Shown here one piece after another: positions 35,256 to 43,806 of a DNA stretch of 64,000 nt (position 1 is the stretch's first letter; every line of letters begins with the position of its first letter). The position numbers were made by a program, and so were the translations under genes. A model generated the notes under the pieces. The model worked only from the letters and a program-made list of their open reading frames with translations. It ran no database searches and was not told the DNA's origin. The DNA is from an uncultured Lachnospiraceae bacterium (GTDB taxonomy: Bacteria > Bacillota > Clostridia > Lachnospirales > Lachnospiraceae). The stretch covers positions 78,901-142,900 of the forward strand of contig CALWES010000005.1 in the NCBI GenBank assembly GCA_944377405.1, read 5' to 3'.

Positions 35256-36107
35256 ATGAATTACGAAGGTCAGATCTGTCGTCCGCCCATGGAGCGGGCG
35301 TCCTTTATGCTGCCGGTGGAAGTGGGCTGCTCCTACAATCGCTGCCGGTTCTGTACATTGTTCAAGCATCTGAAATTCCGGGAGCTCCCCATGTCCGACG
35401 TGGAGGCGGAGCTTCAGCGTGTGAAAAACCTGGGAGGCCATCCAAAGCGGATCTTCCTTGGGGATGGTAATCCCTTCGGGCTCTCCACGGAGCATCTTCT
35501 GGACATCCTGAAGCTGATCCACAGCTATTTTCCGGACTGCCGGGAGATCAACATGGACGCTACGGTTACGAATATTTCGGAGAAAAGTGATGAAGAGCTT
35601 AGAAGGCTCCACGAAGAGGGGATACAGGAGCTTTATCTCGGCATCGAAAGCGGTATGGACGAGCTTCTGCGTTATATGAAGAAGGACCATACGGTGGAGG
35701 AGGCCTATGAGCAGATCGCAAGACTTAAGCAGGCGGGTCTCATTTACAATGCCCATCTGATGCTGGGACTTGCCGGAGCGGGCAGGGGCCTGGAGAATGC
35801 GGAGCGGACGGCGGAGTTCATCAACCGGACGGGACCGAAGCGGATCATCAATTTCACCATTTTCCATCATGAAAGCGCCCCCCTTTACCGGGATGTGGAG
35901 GCGGGGATCTTCGTACCTTCAGGGGAGCTGGAGAACCTTCTGGAGGAACGGAAGCTCCTGCAGCTTCTGCAGGTGCCGATAGAGAGCTATGACGGCTTCC
36001 ATGACCACATTGAGGTGCGGACCAGGGGCAGACTGCCGGAGGACCGCAGCCGGATGCTGGCTCATCTGGAGGATGCCATAGCCAGGGAGGAAAGAAAAGC
36101 CTCCTGA
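35256..36107 (+). CDS. Radical SAM-superfamily protein (Elp3/COG1032-like core), function unknown
   Basis: Cluster motif GCSYNRCRFC (C-x4-C-x2-C), GDGNPF and LGIESG motifs of the radical SAM half-barrel. Confidence 0.7.
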   Translation: MNYEGQICRPPMERASFMLPVEVGCSYNRCRFCTLFKHLKFRELPMSDVEAELQRVKNLGGHPKRIFLGDGNPFGLSTEHLLDILKLIHSYFPDCREINMDATVTNISEKSDEELRRLHEEGIQELYLGIESGMDELLRYMKKDHTVEEAYEQIARLKQAGLIYNAHLMLGLAGAGRGLENAERTAEFINRTGPKRIINFTIFHHESAPLYRDVEAGIFVPSGELENLLEERKLLQLLQVPIESYDGFHDHIEVRTRGRLPEDRSRMLAHLEDAIAREERKAS

Positions 36108-36159
36108 TCGTCCTTCAGGGCTAAAAATAACCATTGAAGAAAACAGGGAGACAGATTGT

Positions 36160-37752
36160 ATGTATACCATCGTAGTTGCAGACGACGAAGAAGAGCTCAG
36201 ACGGGCCATTATCCGGAAGATCGACTGGGAGGCTATCGGATTTCAGGTGGTAGGCGAAGCGGAAAACGGGATCGAAGCCCTGGAGCTTGTGGGGGAGAGG
36301 GAACCGGATCTGCTGCTGACGGATATCCGGATGCCCTTTATCTCGGGGCTGGAGCTGGCAAGGCAGGTGCGGGAGGTACGTCCCTCCACCCAGATCGCCT
36401 TCCTCAGCGGCTACGATGATTTTTCCTATGCCCAGGAGGCCATCCGCTACAATATCATCAGCTATATGCTGAAGCCCATCTCCATGGAGGAGCTGACGGA
36501 GAACCTGCGGCAGATCAAGGAGAAGCTGGACATTCTGTTTACGGAGTTCGCAGAGCGGCAGAAGGCCCAGGTGACGGTGTCGGAGTTCCTGCTTCCCCTG
36601 CTTATGGACAGCTTCCAGACCGACAGCTCCGGGAAACGGGAGGAACGGCTGCGGGAACAGGCGGTGGCCTGCCGGCTCCTGGGGCCGGAAAGCAGCAATA
36701 TCAGATATGTGGTGATGTCCTTTTCCCTCTGGGACCAGGCAGGCCGGAATCTGACGGAATACAACCACCTGCATGCCATCAGCAGTATCCTGAAAAAATA
36801 CACGAAGTCCACGGAGTTTTTTCTGGAGGACAAGATCACGGCGGTGCTGGCGGCGACGCCGGCAGCCTTCGATAAGTACCTCCACATCATTTCCGATGAG
36901 GTGATCCAGAGCATCGGACGTATCCTGGGGCTGCGCTGCTGCATCGGAGCGGGCCGGATCACTCCTGCCCTTACCGGGCTTTCAGAGGCCTACCGGGATT
37001 CCGTAAACGCCCTCCATTATGCGGAGCAGAGCGACGGAAGCGGGATCCGCTACATCTCCGATGAGGAACCCTTTTCCGGAGTGGACATGGACGAGGCCAT
37101 GAAGGCGGCAGCGGGTATTGAAGCCCATATCCGAACCGGCAGCCGGGAGGAACTGGAGGCAGAGCTCAGAAAGGTCTTTTCGGACCTCCGGGAGGAGGGC
37201 TCCCGGGAAGGAGCCAACTTCCTGATGGTGGAGCTTTTTTCAGGTATCTGCCGGGTCCTTTACTCCGTGTCTCCGGAGCCTGCCAGCTCCCTTCTGCGCC
37301 TGGACCCCTATATGCAGCAGATGATGTTCCTGGATGGCAGCCTGCTTGAGGCGGAGGAGCACTTTGTGAGCTTCTGTATGGGGGCCAGGGACGCCATTGA
37401 GGAACAGAAGGCCAGAAGCAGTATGGATATCTGCGAACGGGCTCTGGACTATATCGAGAAAAATTATGCGAAGGCGGACCTTTCCCTGATGTCCGTCAGT
37501 ACGAAGGTGGGAGCAAGCCCCAACTACCTGAGCTCCCTGATCAAAAAAAGGACCGGCCGGAGCTTTGTGGATTATCTGACCGCCCGGCGTATGGAGGAGG
37601 CCAGATCCCTCCTTCTGGGAACGGGCATGAAGATCCGGGAGGTATCGGAGGCCTGCGGCTACAGCGACCAGCATTATTTCAGCTACTGCTTCAAGAAGTT
37701 TGAGGGCGTTTCCCCCAACATGCTCAGACAGCAGGCGGAGGGAAATGCATGA
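36160..37752 (+). CDS. YesN-like response regulator with AraC-type HTH output
   Basis: Receiver domain (IVVADDEE...LLLTDIRMPFISG...KP) and C-terminal AraC HTH (SLIKKRTGRSFVDYL...GYSDQHYFSYCFKK). Confidence 0.9.
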   Translation: MYTIVVADDEEELRRAIIRKIDWEAIGFQVVGEAENGIEALELVGEREPDLLLTDIRMPFISGLELARQVREVRPSTQIAFLSGYDDFSYAQEAIRYNIISYMLKPISMEELTENLRQIKEKLDILFTEFAERQKAQVTVSEFLLPLLMDSFQTDSSGKREERLREQAVACRLLGPESSNIRYVVMSFSLWDQAGRNLTEYNHLHAISSILKKYTKSTEFFLEDKITAVLAATPAAFDKYLHIISDEVIQSIGRILGLRCCIGAGRITPALTGLSEAYRDSVNALHYAEQSDGSGIRYISDEEPFSGVDMDEAMKAAAGIEAHIRTGSREELEAELRKVFSDLREEGSREGANFLMVELFSGICRVLYSVSPEPASSLLRLDPYMQQMMFLDGSLLEAEEHFVSFCMGARDAIEEQKARSSMDICERALDYIEKNYAKADLSLMSVSTKVGASPNYLSSLIKKRTGRSFVDYLTARRMEEARSLLLGTGMKIREVSEACGYSDQHYFSYCFKKFEGVSPNMLRQQAEGNA

Positions 37753-39461
37753 AAAAGAAAAGATGGTCCTTCTCAGCCGTGACCACCGCTCTGGTGGTGG
37801 GCATGGTGGCAGTGTCCCTGCTGATCGGAACCGGCGTGTTTCTGATGATCTACCAGCGGGCCATGATCCAGAGCGTCAGGACCTCCAGCAGTCAGATCAC
37901 GGAGCAGGTATCGGATATCGTGGAAGACTACATGGCGGATATCCGGGATCTGATGAACCAGATCCGCCGTACGGAGCAGATGACGCCGGAGGAACGGGAG
38001 GAGTTCCTGTCCTCCATTGCCATGGTGCGCCCGGACGTAACGGCCATAACGGCATATGACAGGGAAAGCGGGGCACTGCTGGAGGCCTGGACCGGCCAGC
38101 ATGTCCTGAAGGAACAGATCCTGGTGAACCTTTCCTTCGACGAGGAAAGGCTTCCGGAGGAAGGCGAACTGCTTATATCAAAGCCCCACGTGGAGAGCAT
38201 CCTGGTGAACGAATATCCCTGGGTGGTCTCCATTTCGGGGATCGTAAAGGACCCGGAGGGAAGGGAGCAGGTCATCGTGCTGGATACCCGTTTCTCCCAG
38301 ATCGCCTCCTACATCGACAATGTGGGAATCGGAAAGCATGGTTACTGCTTTATCATGGATGAGGAGGGCAATATCGTGTACCATCCCCAGCAGCAGCTGA
38401 TCTTTGCAGGGTTAAAGGGGGAGAACACGGAGCTTCTGGAAAGTTCCTCCGATGGCAGCCTGGAGGAAGGGGACATGATCTATACGATCCGTTCAGAGGA
38501 GGAGAACAACTGGAGGATCGTGGCGGTAAGCTATGTGGACGAGCTCATTGCGGAGGGACTGAGGGACTGCCTTCTGATCCTGGGGGTCCTGCTCCTTCTG
38601 GTGCTGATCGCCACCCTGATCTGCAGCATCGTCCTTTCCAACCAGCTCTCAAAGCCCATCAAGCGCCTGATCAGCGCCATGCGGGACTTTGAGAAGGACG
38701 CAGCCTCCTTCAGCTTTCAGCCGGCAGGGGGCAGCAGGGAGATGACGGCTCTCTCCGACTCCTTCGGCCACATGGTGGTCCGGATCCAGGAGCTGATGGC
38801 CCGGGTAAGGAACGAGGAGATCATCCTCCGGAAAACGGAGCTTCGGGCCCTTCAGGCCCAGATCAATCCCCATTTCCTGTACAATACTCTGGATTCCATT
38901 GCCTGGATGTGTGAAGACGGACGGAACAAGGAAGCGGTGGATATGGTCAACGCTCTGGCCAGGCTCTTCCGGATCAGCATCAGCAAGGGCCATGAGCTGA
39001 TCCCCATTGAAAAAGAGGTGGAGCACGCCAAGAGCTACCTGCAGATCCAGAAATTCCGCTATAAGAATCAGTTCGAGTATTTTTTCGATGTGGAGGAACA
39101 GTGCCTCCACTATTACTGCAATAAGATCACCCTTCAGCCCATCATCGAAAACGCCATCTACCATGGCCTGAACCGGATGATCGAAGAGGGCGTCATCCGG
39201 ATCCGCATCTGGGAAGAGGATGGAGATGTGATCTTCTCCGTCTCGGATAACGGCGTGGGAATGACGAAGGAGCAGTGCGACGCTCTGCTGAAGGAGGACA
39301 GCGGACGGGAGACCGGTATCGGAATGAAGAACGTAAACGACCGGGTCCGGATCTATTTCGGTGAAAAATACGGCATGCGGATCGAAAGCGAGCCCGATGA
39401 GGGAACGACGGTATATATCAGGATGCCGAAGCTGGAGGAGGAACCCCATGAGAGTCGCTAA
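37749..39461 (+). CDS. LytS/YesM-type sensor histidine kinase (two TM helices, extracellular domain, HAMP, His_kinase, HATPase)
   Basis: QINPHFLYNTLDSI H-box of the LytS/YehU family, N-box IIENAIYHG, G-box DNGVGM. The start overlaps the regulator stop (ATGA). Confidence 0.9.
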   Translation: MKKKRWSFSAVTTALVVGMVAVSLLIGTGVFLMIYQRAMIQSVRTSSSQITEQVSDIVEDYMADIRDLMNQIRRTEQMTPEEREEFLSSIAMVRPDVTAITAYDRESGALLEAWTGQHVLKEQILVNLSFDEERLPEEGELLISKPHVESILVNEYPWVVSISGIVKDPEGREQVIVLDTRFSQIASYIDNVGIGKHGYCFIMDEEGNIVYHPQQQLIFAGLKGENTELLESSSDGSLEEGDMIYTIRSEEENNWRIVAVSYVDELIAEGLRDCLLILGVLLLLVLIATLICSIVLSNQLSKPIKRLISAMRDFEKDAASFSFQPAGGSREMTALSDSFGHMVVRIQELMARVRNEEIILRKTELRALQAQINPHFLYNTLDSIAWMCEDGRNKEAVDMVNALARLFRISISKGHELIPIEKEVEHAKSYLQIQKFRYKNQFEYFFDVEEQCLHYYCNKITLQPIIENAIYHGLNRMIEEGVIRIRIWEEDGDVIFSVSDNGVGMTKEQCDALLKEDSGRETGIGMKNVNDRVRIYFGEKYGMRIESEPDEGTTVYIRMPKLEEEPHESR

Positions 39462-40443
39462 ACATAAAAAGCAGCTCCTTTTCGGGGGCCTGCTGCTGGG
39501 ATGCCTCCTTCTGGGAGGCGGGTACCTGATCTACCGGGAGGCCGAGGGAGCTTCTGCTCCCAGGGATCCCTATCGGGTGGCCATGATCGTAAAGTCCACG
39601 GATTCCGCCTTTTGGAAGTCGGTCTTCGCCGGGGCGGCCGTGGCAGCAACGGAATACAATGTGGAGCTTACCACGGAGGGACCGGAAACAGAGGACGACT
39701 ATGAGACCCAGAACCGGCTGGTAAAGACCGCCGTGGAGGAAGGGGCGGACGCCATCATCTTTTCCGCCGTGGATTACAATGCCAACGCGGAGGTCATTAC
39801 GGAGGCGGCGGAAGAGGGACTCCCCATCGTGATCATAGACAGTGATGTGAACAGCAGCCTGGTAAGCCTTCGGATCGGCACCGTCAATGAGGATGCGGGA
39901 AGTATGGCGGCAGAGGCGGTCCTTACCCAGACGGAGGGACCCCTTCGGATCGGCGTGGTCAACTTTGATGAGAACACGGCCAACGGACAGGAACGGGAGC
40001 AGGGCTTCCGGGACCGGATGGCAGAGGAGGATCGGGTGGAAAGCATCGAGACCATCAATGTGCTGTCCACCACGGAGGACGCCAGAAGAGGGACCAAGGA
40101 GCTTTTAAAGCAGCATCCGGATCTGAATGCCATCGTGACCTTCAACGAGTGGACCAGCCTGGGAGTGGGCTGGGCCATCAGCGACCTGGGAAGAAGGGAC
40201 GACATCATGGTAACGGCCTTTGACAGCAACGTTGTTTCCGTAGGTATGCTGGAGACGGGAGAGGTGGACGCCCTGATCGTTCAGAACCCCTATGCCATGG
40301 GCTATCTGGCGGTGGAGAATGCCTGCCAGATCCTGTCGGGGAAGGAACCGGAGGCCCTGCACATCGACACGGAGACCACCCTTGTGACCAGGGACAATAT
40401 GTATCTGCCGGAATACCAGAAGATCCTGTTCATGTACGATTAA
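39448..40443 (+). CDS. Membrane-anchored RbsB/XylF-like periplasmic-binding-protein domain (probable sugar-sensing partner of the kinase)
   Basis: N-terminal TM anchor, type I sugar-binding fold (VAMIVKSTDSAFW...ADAIIFSAVD...PIVIIDSD...VTAFDSN). ATG 39448 overlaps the kinase stop by 14 nt. Confidence 0.8.
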   Translation: MRVAKHKKQLLFGGLLLGCLLLGGGYLIYREAEGASAPRDPYRVAMIVKSTDSAFWKSVFAGAAVAATEYNVELTTEGPETEDDYETQNRLVKTAVEEGADAIIFSAVDYNANAEVITEAAEEGLPIVIIDSDVNSSLVSLRIGTVNEDAGSMAAEAVLTQTEGPLRIGVVNFDENTANGQEREQGFRDRMAEEDRVESIETINVLSTTEDARRGTKELLKQHPDLNAIVTFNEWTSLGVGWAISDLGRRDDIMVTAFDSNVVSVGMLETGEVDALIVQNPYAMGYLAVENACQILSGKEPEALHIDTETTLVTRDNMYLPEYQKILFMYD

Positions 40444-40449
40444 AAAGAA

Positions 40450-40479
40450 GGCGGGCGCCCAGGAGGCACCCGCCTTTTT
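40450..40479. terminator. Bidirectional terminator between the convergent sensor module and the mgl operon
   Basis: GGCGGGCGCC...GGCACCCGCC hairpin with an A-run upstream and TTTTT downstream. Confidence 0.75.
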
Positions 40480-40481
40480 CG

Positions 40482-40503
40482 ATCCCCGACAGGGGATTTT
40501 TTT
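40482..40503 (+). terminator. Second hairpin with a T-run
   Basis: ATCCCC-GACA-GGGGAT followed by TTTTTTTGTTTTT. Confidence 0.55.
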
Positions 40504-40513
40504 GTTTTTCTGA

Positions 40514-42169
40514 TTACTTCTTCTGGATGTACTTCAGGCAGTCCAGGGTTACCGCTACCAGGATGATGATACCGGAGAACACGAACTGCAGGTTCGTATC
40601 GATACCGAGGATGGTAAGAGAATAGGTCAGTGCGGTGAAGATCAGAACACCGACAACCACGCCTGAGATCTTACCGATACCACCGGTGAAGGATACGCCG
40701 CCGACTACGCAGGCAGCGATGGCGTCAGTCTCCCAGCCCTGTCCATAAGCTGCAGAACCGGAGCCCACCATTCTGATACACTCAAGCCAGGAACCGAATC
40801 CGTAAAGGATACCGGCCAGTACGAATGCGCCTACCGTTACCTTGAATACGGAGATACCTGAAACGGCAGCTGCCTCGGGGTTTCCACCGACTGCGTACAG
40901 GTTCTTACCGAAGGTGGTCTTGTTCCAGATGAACCATACGATGGCCACTGCAGCGGCTGCCCAGAGGATGATGGTGGGGAAGCCGTTGATCTTCGGGATG
41001 ATCATACCCGGAATAGAGGACTCGATGGCACCGAAGGATACACCCTTCGTTGCATAGGTTACCAGACCGAAGATGATCAGCATGTTCGCCATGGTGGAGA
41101 TGAAGGGATGCATCTTGAACTTCGCGGTGAAGCAGCCTGCAATGGTAGTGAAGAAGGTGCAGAGCAGGATACACATGATCAGCGCGAAGACGATCTTGAC
41201 AGGTACCGGAAGTCCGGTAAAGTCAAAGATGTGTCCGAATACGGAACCGGTATTGATTCCCTGATGCATGATGATGGTAGCCGTTGTCATACCCATACCT
41301 ACCATACGTCCGATGGAAAGGTCGGTACCGGCAAGGAGGATCAGAGCCGCAACACCGAGAGCCAGGAACATTCTCGGGGAAGCCTGCTGCAGGATGTTCA
41401 GAACGTTGTTATAGGTAAGCAGCGGCACCCCCTTGATGGCCGGGGTCAGGGCGCAGAGGAAAATGAAGATGATGATAATGGCAATGTAAAGACCATTCTT
41501 CAGTAAGAAATCCCTGCGGTTGAAGGTGTACTTGTAATTCTCCCAGCGCTGTGCCATGTTCTCGGCAAAGGTGAACCTTGACATCCGCAGCATATCGATG
41601 AGGTGATATCTGTAATCAAATGCTGCATGCTGACGGTCCTTTGCCTGCTGGATATCCTTCTCCAGCTGCATCTTTGCGTCAAAGAGACGGTTTTTGTGTA
41701 CGTACTTCTCGTCCTTGATCTCGTGCTGGTCAGTCATCTTGGAGACAGTCTCCTGATGCTCCTTCTCCAGCTCCGCGATCCTTTCACGGTAATTGGCCTG
41801 GGCAGCTACCCTCTCCTGCTGGCAGCTTGCTGCTACGGCCTGGAAATAATCCTTGTCAAAATGAGCCTTCAGGTAGCCCTCTGCGTCGGCAATGAGCTTT
41901 GAGACCTCGTTCTTGTTCTGGTTTTCAACAGCTCTGGCCTTTTCCAGCTCTGCCTTCAGCTGATTGATGCGGGTGTCCTTTTCCTCCTGGGAGAAGATGT
42001 GATCCCGCTTAACGCTGTCGATCTCATTCTGGAGCTCCACAACCTTGTTGGTACCGTCTTTCCGGAGCTCGTCGATCTTGCTCTGGATCTTTCCGACATA
42101 CTCTTCGATCGGCTGACGAAGCTTCGCTTCCTGTTCGGCCGTAAGAATATTATTAGTTTCTTTCGCCAT
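40514..42169 (-). CDS. mglC: MglC-like CUT2 sugar ABC permease with a ~220-aa N-terminal coiled-coil extension
   Basis: The C-terminal ~330 aa are collinear with E. coli MglC (GTDLS.GR, FGKN..A.GGNPEAA.VSG, DAIAACVVGGVSF.GG.G). GAGGGAG RBS favours ATG 42169 over 42175. Confidence 0.88.
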   Translation of the reverse strand: MAKETNNILTAEQEAKLRQPIEEYVGKIQSKIDELRKDGTNKVVELQNEIDSVKRDHIFSQEEKDTRINQLKAELEKARAVENQNKNEVSKLIADAEGYLKAHFDKDYFQAVAASCQQERVAAQANYRERIAELEKEHQETVSKMTDQHEIKDEKYVHKNRLFDAKMQLEKDIQQAKDRQHAAFDYRYHLIDMLRMSRFTFAENMAQRWENYKYTFNRRDFLLKNGLYIAIIIIFIFLCALTPAIKGVPLLTYNNVLNILQQASPRMFLALGVAALILLAGTDLSIGRMVGMGMTTATIIMHQGINTGSVFGHIFDFTGLPVPVKIVFALIMCILLCTFFTTIAGCFTAKFKMHPFISTMANMLIIFGLVTYATKGVSFGAIESSIPGMIIPKINGFPTIILWAAAAVAIVWFIWNKTTFGKNLYAVGGNPEAAAVSGISVFKVTVGAFVLAGILYGFGSWLECIRMVGSGSAAYGQGWETDAIAACVVGGVSFTGGIGKISGVVVGVLIFTALTYSLTILGIDTNLQFVFSGIIILVAVTLDCLKYIQKK

Positions 42170-42184
42170 ATCCATACTCCCTCA

Positions 42185-43693
42185 TTAAAGATATTTTGCA
42201 CTGAGCCTTAACAGCTCTTCCTGATTTGTCTCTTTGGTATTAACAATTCCGGAAAGACGTCCGTTTGACATAACACCGATACGGTTCGTGATACCGAGGA
42301 TCTCCGGCATCTCAGAGGAAACAACGATGATGGTCTTTCCCTGTTTTGCCATGTTGATGATCAGCTCGTAGATCTCGTACTTCGCACCGACGTCGATACC
42401 TCTTGTAGGCTCATCCATCATGAATACCTGGGGTTTCCGCTCCAGCCATTTACCGAAGATGACCTTCTGCTGGTTACCGCCGGAGAGGCTGGAGATCATA
42501 TCGTCAGGTCCCATACATTTGGTATGCATGACCTTGATCTCATTTGCAGTGGCCTTTATCATCTTTGCATCAGAAAGAGCGATGCCGGACTTGTACTGAT
42601 TCAGGTTTGCGATGGTGGTGTTGAAGGTCAGGTCTCCCTTCAGGAACAGACCGTTTGCCTTACGTTCCTCCGTAATCATGGCAAACCCGTGCTCGATGGC
42701 TTCCTTGGCACTGCCGAAATTCATCAGCTTACCGTTGAAATAAACACGGCCGGCAGCTCTGGTACGTACGCCGAAGATGGTCTCCAGAAGCTCTGTACGG
42801 CCGGCTCCCACCAGTCCGTAAAGTCCGAAGATCTCGCCCTCCCGGACATCGAAGGTGATATCCTGCAGATGGGGCTCGAACTTGGTGGACAGATGCTGGA
42901 CGGAGAGGATCACGTCCTTCGGTGTATTGTCCACAGGCGGGAAACGGTTCTCAAGAGAACGTCCTACCATGGCTGCGATCAGCTCGTTCATGTTCGTATC
43001 CTTGGAGTCCTTCGTCATGACGAGCTTACCATCACGAAGTACAGAGATCTCATCACAGATCTCGAAAATCTCATCCATCTTATGAGAGATATAGATGAGC
43101 GCGATGCCCTGCTCCTTCAGCATACGCATCATTTCAAAAAGCTTGTCTACCTCCTGGACCGTAAGGGAGGAGGTGGGCTCGTCCAGAACGATCACCTTTG
43201 CGTTGTAGGAGATCGCCTTTGCGATCTCACACATCTGCCGCTGGGAAACGGACATGTTCCGCATGGGCTGGGTGAGGTTTACGGTCATACCGAGCTTTCT
43301 GAAAAGCTCAGAGGCCTTTTTCTTCATTCTGCCTTCATCGACAACGCCCATGGAGTTGACCGGATAACGACCCAGAAACAGGTTGTCGATCACGTTCCGC
43401 TCAAGGCACTGGTTCAGCTCCTGATGGACCATTGCGATACCGTTTTCCAGAGCATCCTTGGGACCTGAGAAGCTGATCTCCTTACCGTTCAGGAAGATCT
43501 TGCCCTCGTCCTTCTGGTAGGTTCCGAAAAGGCATTTCATCATGGTGGACTTACCGGCACCGTTCTCGCCCATCAGTCCCATGACAGTTCCGCGCTTTAC
43601 GTCCAGATTGATGTGATCCAGTACCCGGTTCCGGCCAAAGGATTTACTCATCCCGCGTATCGATAAGACGATATCATCTTTCTTATCTGCCAT
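42185..43693 (-). CDS. mglA: MglA-like sugar ABC ATPase (tandem ABC domains)
   Basis: LMGENGAGKSTMMKCLFGTYQKD.G.I...GKEI.F...K.ALENGIAMVHQELN closely matches MglA. Second ABC domain with LSGGNQQK. Confidence 0.92.
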   Translation of the reverse strand: MADKKDDIVLSIRGMSKSFGRNRVLDHINLDVKRGTVMGLMGENGAGKSTMMKCLFGTYQKDEGKIFLNGKEISFSGPKDALENGIAMVHQELNQCLERNVIDNLFLGRYPVNSMGVVDEGRMKKKASELFRKLGMTVNLTQPMRNMSVSQRQMCEIAKAISYNAKVIVLDEPTSSLTVQEVDKLFEMMRMLKEQGIALIYISHKMDEIFEICDEISVLRDGKLVMTKDSKDTNMNELIAAMVGRSLENRFPPVDNTPKDVILSVQHLSTKFEPHLQDITFDVREGEIFGLYGLVGAGRTELLETIFGVRTRAAGRVYFNGKLMNFGSAKEAIEHGFAMITEERKANGLFLKGDLTFNTTIANLNQYKSGIALSDAKMIKATANEIKVMHTKCMGPDDMISSLSGGNQQKVIFGKWLERKPQVFMMDEPTRGIDVGAKYEIYELIINMAKQGKTIIVVSSEMPEILGITNRIGVMSNGRLSGIVNTKETNQEELLRLSAKYL

Positions 43694-43727
43694 TCTTTTT
43701 ACTCCTGTATGTGTTTTGGAAAAGCTA

Positions 43728-43751
43728 TTAGGGAGAATTGCTTCTCCCTAA
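43728..43751 (-). terminator. Intra-operon hairpin between mglB and mglA (partial terminator or mRNA stabiliser)
   Basis: TTAGGGAGAA-(4 nt)-TTCTCCCTAA, a perfect 10-bp stem. A weak U-tract follows on the minus strand. Confidence 0.5.
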
Positions 43752-43806
43752 TAACAAATCATTTCTTATTTGATATTACTTTTAAGCAATCCGTTGATCC
43801 TGAGCA

